Shown here: positions 55,189 to 61,376 of the stretch, in pieces
Position numbering within the stretch: the first letter of the stretch is position 1
How the letters are laid out: each line of letters opens with the position of its first letter
Origin: a virus
Strand: one strand, 5' to 3'
Length of the DNA: 64,000 nucleotides
IMG/VR virus record: IMGVR_UViG_3300042988_001550
Position numbers and translations under genes: made by a program
The notes under the pieces: model-generated
What the model was told of the DNA's origin: nothing
Database searches by the model: none
The model's input: the letters and a program-made list of their open reading frames with translations, nothing else

Positions 55189-55703
55189 GGAAATTCCTCC
55201 AGTTGGCGGCGGAACCTGTGTCCCACCGCTTCGGTTGCGGTTTCGAACGTTCCCCAGTCGTCGAGCCGGATTCGCTCAGCCAACCACTCGACATCCCCAG
55301 GAAGGACGTCGAGCTTGTGCTTCACGACCCATTCGACAACCTGACGACGAACAATCTCGTCGTTGATTACCTGATACTCCACGTTGCTGTAGAGCTGGTC
55401 ACGGCGGAAATTGGCTTCGAGATCAGTGATGGCCTGTTTCTGTAGGGCCACCAGCTGTTCAAGACGCTCGACTTCTGTACTGAGGTCTTTGGCCTCTGGT
55501 GCAGGGTCACTCGGCCGGCTCCGAACGGAGAAGCCGATTGATGCTCCAACGCTGGAGCGTTCTGGTGCTTCCACCACAGGGATCACCGCCGCTTCTCCAG
55601 GATGAGGAGAGGCAATCCAGTAGATGAAGCCGAAGATCCCTCCGACCACGGCCATGAAGGCGACCATGATCACGAGTTCAATCAGAGTGAATCCCTTCTT
55701 CAT
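55185..55703 (-). CDS. type IV pilin/pseudopilin-like protein (class III signal peptide)
   Basis: The internal start MKKG-FTLIELVIMVAFMAVVGG matches the prepilin cleavage and N-methylation motif (G|FTLIEL with Glu at +5). The track's 5' extension overlaps the upstream gene and is rejected. Confidence 0.6.
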   Translation of the reverse strand: MKKGFTLIELVIMVAFMAVVGGIFGFIYWIASPHPGEAAVIPVVEAPERSSVGASIGFSVRSRPSDPAPEAKDLSTEVERLEQLVALQKQAITDLEANFRRDQLYSNVEYQVINDEIVRRQVVEWVVKHKLDVLPGDVEWLAERIRLDDWGTFETATEAVGHRFRRQLEEFP

Positions 55704-56173
55704 GAGTTCACCGTGACATTGCTGCCGGGAGGAATCGTGGTGGTATAGCCACCAGCCGTGTACGAGACGTTGTCTCCACCCGGCGGAGCGTCGTTGTAGA
55801 TCGTCACCGAGGTGCCGCTGCCGTTGAATTCGACAGTACCGCCGGTTGCGTGGATCTCGCCCTTGCAGCCAGTGGAGACCTTGACGGTATCGCCGGCCTC
55901 GACGCCCTTCACCTCGAATTTCGCGTTGTTGCCGAACGAGACCTCCGAGTTGGTGGTGCAGAAGCAGTCGACGTGGTCGACCTTGCCGCAAGGAGCGGCG
56001 GTCTTCGGCGTGACCTTGGCCTTGCCACGGGAGTCCTTGCGGTTCTCCACCTGGACATCCTTGTTGTCATGCTTCTCGCCGGGCTTGACTTCCTGGTACC
56101 CCGCTCCCGTGCTCTGCGCAAAAGCAAAGATCGAGAGCACGAACAGCGCCACAATTGCTGCGATGTGTTTCAT
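55700..56173 (-). CDS. secreted Cys-containing Gly/Thr-rich protein with signal peptide
   Basis: MKHIAAIVALFVLSIFAFA|QS signal peptide and six Cys. Stop and start overlap the pilin-like gene (ATGA). AAAGGA ribosome-binding site; motif plus terminator upstream. Confidence 0.55.
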   Translation of the reverse strand: MKHIAAIVALFVLSIFAFAQSTGAGYQEVKPGEKHDNKDVQVENRKDSRGKAKVTPKTAAPCGKVDHVDCFCTTNSEVSFGNNAKFEVKGVEAGDTVKVSTGCKGEIHATGGTVEFNGSGTSVTIYNDAPPGGDNVSYTAGGYTTTIPPGSNVTVNS

Positions 56174-56202
56174 GTGTAGAGGGTCCTTTATCCCTCATAG
56201 TA

Positions 56203-56211
56203 CTTATGACT
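56203..56211 (+). promoter_or_regulatory. CTTATGACT variant motif
   Basis: Minus strand reads terminator, TCTTTTT, AGTCATAAGTAC, 22 nt, AAAGGA, ATG 56173. Confidence 0.4.
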
Positions 56212-56243
56212 AAAAAGAGGGTACTAGTTGTTACTAGTACCCC
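56211..56243 (-). terminator. rho-independent terminator
   Basis: Minus strand reads GGGTACTAGT-aacaa-CTAGTACCC then TCTTTTT. Confidence 0.6.
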
Positions 56244-56247
56244 CAGA

Positions 56248-57081
56248 TCACGAAACAGTCTTGAACGTCTTCTGGAGAAGCGCGAACTTCTTGCGAAGCT
56301 CCTTGTTCTCTTGACGAATGGACTCGATCTCCTTCACGAAGTTGGTGACCGTCATGAGGGCACGCACCAGGTCAGATGTCTGGTCGCCCTTCACCTTTGC
56401 CGCCTTCTTCGTGACCGGCTGAACCGGCGCGGGCTGCGTAGTCGTTGCCGGAGCAGCACTGACTTCCAGCACTTGCTCCTTGACGACCTTGTTGTCAGGC
56501 TTGTCGGCCTTGTGGACGTTGTTGACCTGCAGCCACTTCATGACTGCGAAGCCAATCGACGACGGCGATGAGCTGAGACCGAATTCGCGGGCAATCGGAC
56601 CCAACTTCTCTGCGATCTTCGAGATGGTGTCTCCCGCTTCTCGGGAAGACCGGACCATGTCGGAATGGAGCTCGACGAATGCCTTGAGCTCCCCACGCTC
56701 TGCTTTTGCTGTCATCATCATCGGTTCCGGCTGTGTTGCAACCGGCTTGGAGATTACCTGTTCACGCGTCTCGACGATCTCCTTAGCGTCGAGCCACGCA
56801 GCCAACGAGCGACTCAATGCCCTTGGCTTGAAAACACCATTGAACGTTCTGTCAGAATACACCTTCCGACAGTGGGTAAACACGTTGTGATTGCAAAAAG
56901 TCGTAAACACAACCAACGCAATCTCGGCATCCACACCGGGAGGATAGTGTTTCCTGTCACGAAAAATAACGCGCGAGGACCTGCGCACCTCGGGAGAAAA
57001 CTTGTTCTCTCCTCCTCCCACCACAAGAACCCGTGATCCTGAAGGCAATGCCGCTAACCGCTGATCAAGTGTTTGATTCAT
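56248..57081 (-). CDS. DUF2325-like N-terminal domain protein with C-terminal coiled coil
   Basis: Started at MNQTLDQ, which follows an AGGAGGG ribosome-binding site. RVLVVGGG...AEIALVVFTTFCNHNVF resembles DUF2325. The MCHK extension is rejected. Confidence 0.5.
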   Translation of the reverse strand: MNQTLDQRLAALPSGSRVLVVGGGENKFSPEVRRSSRVIFRDRKHYPPGVDAEIALVVFTTFCNHNVFTHCRKVYSDRTFNGVFKPRALSRSLAAWLDAKEIVETREQVISKPVATQPEPMMMTAKAERGELKAFVELHSDMVRSSREAGDTISKIAEKLGPIAREFGLSSSPSSIGFAVMKWLQVNNVHKADKPDNKVVKEQVLEVSAAPATTTQPAPVQPVTKKAAKVKGDQTSDLVRALMTVTNFVKEIESIRQENKELRKKFALLQKTFKTVS

Positions 57082-57105
57082 TAAGCCCTCCTGTGGCTCA
57101 ACGAT

Positions 57106-57114
57106 CTTATGACA
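57106..57114 (+). promoter_or_regulatory. CTTATGACA motif copy
   Basis: Minus strand reads terminator, TTTCTTTTTT, AGCTAGAATGTGTCATAAGAT, 16 nt, AGGAGGG, ATG 57081. Confidence 0.5.
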
Positions 57115-57123
57115 CATTCTAGC

Positions 57124-57152
57124 TAAAAAAGAAAGCCACTTTCGTGACTTTC
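57124..57152 (-). terminator. rho-independent terminator
   Basis: Minus strand reads AAGTCAC-gaaa-GTGGCTT then TCTTTTTT, immediately before the GTCATAAG motif. Confidence 0.55.
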
Positions 57153-57159
57153 CTTGTAG

Positions 57160-57468
57160 CTAGAAGCGGATATCCGGACAGACGACCTTGACCAGCTGTA
57201 GATTGAGGTCATCCACTTGCTTCGACGAGATCCTCGTGACTGGGTATCTTCCCGATTTGACCAAGTCGATGCGACTCATGCAGACCACCCCTCGGGCATT
57301 CGCGTACACCGTCTCGTCGCCGAGTCGGAACTCGAAGTCGTCGGGGCTAAACCGGTCCCGACTGATTGGGAGGATAACGCACTTCATCTTCCCCGCTGGC
57401 GTCATTTGTGCGATGACAACGTGGCGCAAGAGCGCTACCTGATTCAGAACAGAACCAACATTGATCAT
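57160..57468 (-). CDS. CcdB/MazF-fold toxin-like protein
   Basis: 102 aa with the pattern HVVIAQMTPAGKMKCVILPISRD...ETVYANARGVVCMSRIDLVKSG...RISSKQVDDLNLQL. An AAGGAG ribosome-binding site and its own motif plus terminator flank it. Confidence 0.4.
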   Translation of the reverse strand: MINVGSVLNQVALLRHVVIAQMTPAGKMKCVILPISRDRFSPDDFEFRLGDETVYANARGVVCMSRIDLVKSGRYPVTRISSKQVDDLNLQLVKVVCPDIRF

Positions 57469-57488
57469 GTGTATTCTCCTTCTTGTAT

Positions 57489-57497
57489 CTTATGACA
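57489..57497 (+). promoter_or_regulatory. CTTATGACA motif copy
   Basis: Minus strand reads terminator, TTTCTTTTT, AGCTGGAATGTGTCATAAGAT, ACAAG, AAGGAG, ATG 57468. Confidence 0.5.
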
Positions 57498-57507
57498 CAT
57501 TCCAGCT

Positions 57508-57536
57508 AAAAAGAAAGCCACCGGTTAAGGTGGCCT
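57508..57536 (-). terminator. rho-independent terminator
   Basis: Minus strand reads GCCACC-ttaacc-GGTGGC then TTTCTTTTT. Confidence 0.65.
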
Positions 57537-57541
57537 TCTAA

Positions 57542-57570
57542 GATGGAGCCGACGATGGGATTTGAACCCA
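57542..57570 (-). pseudogene. tRNA 3'-end fragment (T-arm, acceptor 3' strand, CCA) with no matching 5' half
   Basis: ATGGG-TTCAAAT-CCCAT-CGTCGGC-T-CCA. I could not find the complementary acceptor strand within 120 nt. Confidence 0.4.
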
Positions 57571-58375
57571 TAACCCCTTCATTACCTGCCCACTTTGAAC
57601 TTTCGTTCGACTACATTACACTAGTCTAGTGGGATGGACTTTCTCTTCACCCTCGTCTTTACGTTAGGGTGCGCCGTGTAAAGTCTCTACACTTGCCCGG
57701 TTCTTTTAGGAACCTGCTAGCTCGGGATTGCCATTTTAAAGGTTTCCCCGACTTAGCGGCGTCCACTTTATAGGTTTCCCTAGAAAGGTCCGTAATCATG
57801 ACTTACTGCTGCGCTGAGTGTCAAACAACGTTCTCTCGAAAGGACAAAGCACGTTCTGTAAACGCATTCTGTTCTCGATCTTGTGCCGCCAGCTATAACA
57901 ACAGGAAGAAACCTAAGAGGGCGCGAAGCCGTCGGGATTCTAGTTGTGTTAGTTGCGGAAAAAGTACCCATAACCGTAGATTCTGCGATTTGGTGTGCTT
58001 CCACAGACTTAGGGCCGATACAAAGATCGCCAACTGGTTGTCAGGCCACGAGACGCGCGTCACCTCTCATCGAAGAGACGCTATCCGCTCCTGGCTGTTG
58101 AAGGACCAGCTAGAGAAGTGTGCCTTGTGCGCCCAATCAGGAAATTGGAACGGCAAGCCACTGCTTTTTGTTTTGGACCATATCAATGGAGACCACACCG
58201 ATAACAGCAGAACCAATCTACGCCTTATCTGTCATAACTGTGACTCACAGTTACCTACGTACAAAGGCAGAAATCGCGGTTTCGGGCGATACATCAGAAG
58301 ACAACGATACGCAGACGGTAAATCGTTCTAACAAATGAAGAGCTCTGCCAATTGAGCTACATCGGCAATTGAAAG

Positions 58376-58452
58376 TGGTGGCGGGGGTGAGATTCGAACT
58401 CACGACCTTCAGCTTATGAGGCTGACGAGCTACCGGACTGCTCTACCCCGAC
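58376..58452 (-). tRNA. tRNA-Met(CAU) (elongator-type, or Ile2 if lysidine-modified)
   Basis: GTCGGGG/CCCCGCC (one mismatch), GAGC/GCTC, TCAGC/GCTGA with loop CTCATAA, GTGAG-TTCGAAT-CTCAC, and CCA. Confidence 0.65.
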
Positions 58453-58455
58453 ACC

Positions 58456-58531
58456 TGGTCCACCCACTAGGATTTGAACCTAGGACCTTCCGCGTATCAG
58501 ACGGATGCTCTACCAACTGAGCTATGGGTGG
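58456..58531 (-). tRNA. tRNA-Ile(GAU)
   Basis: CCACCCA/TGGGTGG, GCTC/GAGC, loop CTGATAC, CTAGG-TTCAAAT-CCTAG, and CCA. Confidence 0.75.
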
Positions 58532-58533
58532 AT

Positions 58534-58609
58534 TGGTGGAGGCTAAGGGACTTGAACCCTTGGCCTATAGCTTGCAAAGCTATTGCTCTACCAGCTGAGC
58601 TAAGCCCCC
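58534..58609 (-). tRNA. tRNA-Ala(UGC)
   Basis: Acceptor GGGGGCT/AGCCTCC with the G3.U70 Ala identity pair; ATAGC/GCTAT with loop TTTGCAA; CCA. Confidence 0.8.
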
Positions 58610-58610
58610 A

Positions 58611-58688
58611 CTATTCTTTTGTTCTGTTGATTCGGAGGTCGATGGATGCGAGCGCCAGTACGACTAGAAAGACGATGACGTATTTCAT
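58611..58688 (-). CDS. 25-aa hydrophobic micro-ORF inside the tRNA array (MKYVIVFLVVLALASIDLRINRTKE)
   Basis: ATG preceded by AAAGGAA. The ORF exactly fills the tRNA-Asn/tRNA-Ala spacer. Confidence 0.3.
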   Translation of the reverse strand: MKYVIVFLVVLALASIDLRINRTKE

Positions 58689-58707
58689 GCATTCCTTTCT
58701 TGTTGGA

Positions 58708-58782
58708 TGGCTGTGGGGGCAGGACTTGAACCTACAACTGGCGCATTAACAGTGCGCTGCTCTACCATTGAGCTACCCCACA
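58708..58782 (-). tRNA. tRNA-Asn(GUU)
   Basis: TGTGGGG/CCCCACA, GCGCA/TGCGC with loop CTGTTAA, G73, and CCA. Confidence 0.75.
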
Positions 58783-58790
58783 GTGAGAGA

Positions 58791-58867
58791 TGGCGGAACT
58801 GACGGGACTTGAACCCGCGATCTTCGCCGTGACAGGGCGACGCTTTAGCCAACTAAGCTACAGTTCC
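58791..58867 (-). tRNA. tRNA-Asp(GUC)
   Basis: GGAACTG/CAGTTCC, TCGCC/GGCGA with loop CTGTCAC, G73, and CCA. Confidence 0.75.
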
Positions 58868-58990
58868 GAAAAAGAACTACCGTACTAACAGACATGTCTG
58901 CCAATTCCATCACTGCGTCCAGGTGAGACTCGAACTCACACGCAGCCGTCGCCGGTACTGCATCTGTGCTCCGGTAGTTCCTGAAAGGTG
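58868..58990 (-). other. degenerate tRNA-like element (intact T-arm, Leu/Ser-like D-loop remnant, partial copy of the tRNA-Asp 5' end)
   Basis: GTGAG-TTCGAGT-CTCAC flanked by CTGCGT/ACGCAG. Downstream lies TG-GAATTGGCAGAC. The pieces do not fold into a canonical cloverleaf in this order. Confidence 0.3.
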
Positions 58991-59064
58991 GGTGACCGGT
59001 GGGACTCGAACCCACAACCCCCAGGACCACAACCTAGTGTTCTAACCAATTGAACTACGGCCAC
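58991..59064 (-). tRNA. tRNA-His(GUG)
   Basis: GTGGCCG/CGGTCAC (G.U), CTAGG/CCTGG with loop TTGTGGT, C73, CCA not encoded. Confidence 0.65.
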
Positions 59065-59249
59065 ATCACAAGAAAAGGCGAGCAAGGTGTCCTGTAAGGG
59101 TTGTTTTACAAAGGTAACCCTCACAGAGCGGCTCGCCAGGACCCAAGTCTGCTAAACGTGGGTGTAACGATGTAAGCAAATTCGCCTAGGAACGATGGAT
59201 ATCTGCGAGATCGCGGAAGGTAACGTTCATAGTTCGGCTTACATCTATA

Positions 59250-59325
59250 TGGTGATCCCAGAGAGATTCGAACTCTCGTTGTCGGGTTGAAAACCCGGTG
59301 TCCTGACCGACTAGACGATGGGACC
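59250..59325 (-). tRNA. tRNA-Glu(UUC)
   Basis: GGTCCCA/TGGGATC, CCGGG/CCCGA with loop TTTTCAA, GAGAG-TTCGAAT-CTCTC, and CCA. Confidence 0.65.
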
Positions 59326-59446
59326 GTTGGTACGAAGGTGTCTAAGCTTCCCGTCACCCTATGAATTCCGATGCCCTCATCGGCGCTTTGCGGGCGCTCA
59401 CGGCTGTTGCTTAGACGATTACAGTAGGGTCTGTCTCCCTTATGGA

Positions 59447-59792
59447 TGGTGGACCTGGTCGGAGTCGAACCGACGTGTTTGAACTGTCGTTAGTATTCTT
59501 CTACACGCTTGTCCGATTTTTGTTCCACTGTCCAGGCATTAACCGGCAACTATCCCGGCAGTGGTTCCGCAGTATACGCCCTAGGTCGAAGCGGGTCTCT
59601 CCAGGGTGTCCTAATAGTTGCAGCCACTCCCTTATTAGGAATCAAGGGTGGCTGGGATTAGCGGAGTCTAGGCCGCCATCGCGAGCTGAGGTTCAGCATT
59701 TTAGTTTTCCCAAGAAGGATTAACGAGCTTACTTGAGATGCTCGGCGTGCTTCACTACATTTGACTGAACAAATCGAAACCAGTTCAGGCCC
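59447..59792 (-). ncRNA. ssrA: tmRNA (ssrA-like), 346 nt, tag ORF 59668..59697
   Basis: 5' GGGCCTG pairs with 3' CAGGTCC-A-CCA and includes the G3.U70 Ala identity pair. The T-arm is GTCGG-TTCGACT-CCGAC. GUGAAGCACGCCGAGCA parallels E. coli GGUGCAUGCCGAGG. The tag frame is aaaactaaaat-GCT GAA CCT CAG CTC GCG ATG GCG GCC TAG, giving (A)AEPQLAMAA. Confidence 0.7.
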
Positions 59793-60060
59793 GTGTTTTA
59801 CTATGTTCTACAGCTTTTTTGACAAAGAACAGGATCAACGCTTCGCGCTGCTCCTTATTAACAAGCACTTCATCAAAGTGCCCGTAAGGGCAAGTATAGC
59901 CGAAGATGTATTTAATGCCAGCGACAAGACGTCTCCAAAACGTAAACTTGGTGAGGTTTACGGAGAGCATAAGCTCGTCAGTTTTTGGAAAGTAGTGCCA
60001 GTGTAGCGTGTGTTCCGGTGTGGAACACGAACAGATTGTGTGGAAAGTTTCCATGTGTTT

Positions 60061-60173
60061 TGGTCGGCCCGGAGGGACTCGAACCCCCAACCCTCCGCAT
60101 ATCAGACGGCGCCCAGTTGTTACACCAGGGGCGGATCATAAATCCACTGCTCTACCATTGAGACTACGGGCCG
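60061..60173 (-). tRNA. tRNA-like gene with anticodon UAU (Ile-type) and a ~41-nt insertion between the anticodon stem and T-arm
   Basis: CGGCCCG/CGGGCCG, GTGGA/TCCGC with loop TTTATGA, GGGGG-TTCGAGT-CCCTC, A73, and CCA. It is 113 nt long. Confidence 0.4.
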
Positions 60174-60202
60174 GATTGTAGAGAAGTGAGGACAAAAGAA
60201 GT

Positions 60203-60257
60203 CCTTAAAGGAGAGATGTTTTTGATCCAATGAGAGTGGATCAATTTCTTATGACAC
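60203..60257 (+). promoter_or_regulatory. Composite element GATCCAAT-N6-GGATCA-ATTTCTTATGACA upstream (minus-strand sense) of the tRNA-like gene
   Basis: Same composite architecture as the block at 26135..26173. Confidence 0.45.
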
Positions 60258-60259
60258 AA

Positions 60260-60646
60260 TTATAGCTTAGTCTTGGTCTTCGTGGTCTGAAAAGTTGTGG
60301 TTTTTTCGACCAGCGTTTCAATTGGATAGCCTTTGCGCATCCAGTCAGCGGAGTTAATCGCCTGCAACCAGTCCGCTACCGTCGGGATGAATCCGCAATC
60401 TTCTTTGACGTGCTGCTCCCCAATCAACCGGGTAGGGATGACCTTACCATCACTGTTGGTGATCGTAGGACCAAAAGCAGCCTCAAGCATGAAGATGCCA
60501 GCCGAATGGTGCAGCATCGCTCGGTGACGGAAATCGGCGATATGTGCTTTTGACTGATCGAACCACAGATGTAGATCGTAATAGTCTTCCCACTTACCGC
60601 CAAAAAGAACCGCAGAGGATCTTGCGTGATCGTAGCAGGTACCCAT
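60260..60646 (-). CDS. hypothetical protein, 128 aa
   Basis: ATGA-coupled to the upstream ORF. Confidence 0.5.
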   Translation of the reverse strand: MGTCYDHARSSAVLFGGKWEDYYDLHLWFDQSKAHIADFRHRAMLHHSAGIFMLEAAFGPTITNSDGKVIPTRLIGEQHVKEDCGFIPTVADWLQAINSADWMRKGYPIETLVEKTTTFQTTKTKTKL

Positions 60647-61038
60647 TACTCACCTATCTTCAGGTGGCTAGACGACGTATCATATGTGATGGTGGCTTGG
60701 TTAACTGTAAGGACGGCGTCCCCGTTCCTAAGGTTGATGACAACCGAACCGTTCCCTCCCTCATTATTCCACCAATCTGGACCACCGTGGGCGACTTCCA
60801 TGGCGGCGTCCTTCAAGCTTCTATAAGCGTCACGTGCTGATTGAGCTGATACCTGTTTTTCAACAAGGATAGCTGTTAACCAGTCTGGGACGATCCTTTC
60901 AAAGTTCTGAGCCGGATGATGCGGGTGCGTTACATATGAGTCGTCAATATCACCGCTATCTCCACTCCCACTGAAAATGACCTCCATCGACTCAAAGCCT
61001 AGTTTCCTCAGAAGTCTTCTTGCTCTTTTTGTTTCCAC
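60646..61038 (-). CDS. hypothetical protein, 130 aa, acidic
   Basis: First ORF downstream (on the minus strand) of the long non-coding stretch. Confidence 0.5.
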   Translation of the reverse strand: METKRARRLLRKLGFESMEVIFSGSGDSGDIDDSYVTHPHHPAQNFERIVPDWLTAILVEKQVSAQSARDAYRSLKDAAMEVAHGGPDWWNNEGGNGSVVINLRNGDAVLTVNQATITYDTSSSHLKIGE

Positions 61039-61376
61039 GTTTTCCTTAGTAAAAGAATGGGGTAGCTACTCCCCATCCAGTGTTGACTTGTATTCCCAGT
61101 CGGTCACGTTTCACCGAACGGTCAACAGCAGAGCTGGTCGTCTTTGTTTTGTGTCGTCAGCCCTAGGTGTGAGACCGCTACAGTCACCTAGAACTTATCG
61201 TGCCGTGAGCTCACAGCACGAGACCATGGATTTCTCCCGCGCTAGTACTTAAGGTCGGTTTAGCGTCCACTAGCAGGACGTGTTAGTGCCCCCTACAGAT
61301 TGCTCTGTAGGGGGCGACCGTTAACCCTTTAAGCAGTTCAGCTGCTCATAGATCTTATGCCACAAATCCGCTGGAT

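Noticed and set aside
56248-57117. N-terminal extensions starting MCHK... (56248..57117), MARTG...KCHKS (27062..27475), MGCGY... (8877..9380), MRQGRP... (55185..55991) and MVLGDH... (25071..25751)
   Set aside because: Each extension reads through the intergenic CTTATGACA motif, a terminator or the upstream gene, and lacks a ribosome-binding site. Internal starts with AGGAGG-type sites and recognisable N-terminal signals (lipobox, prepilin motif, receiver fold) were chosen instead.
59447-59530. Reading the 3' end of the tmRNA locus as an ordinary tRNA
   Set aside because: Upstream of the T-arm there is no D-arm or anticodon arm. The complementary acceptor strand lies 340 nt away, with the tmRNA-type 5' domain and an in-frame tag ORF between them.
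59442-59723. 93-aa + strand ORF and the overlapping 59121..59357 and 58845..59124 minus-strand ORFs in the tRNA and tmRNA arrays
   Set aside because: They are fully overlapped by tRNA-His, tRNA-Glu or the tmRNA on the opposite or same strand, and their sequences are the translated complements of structured RNA.
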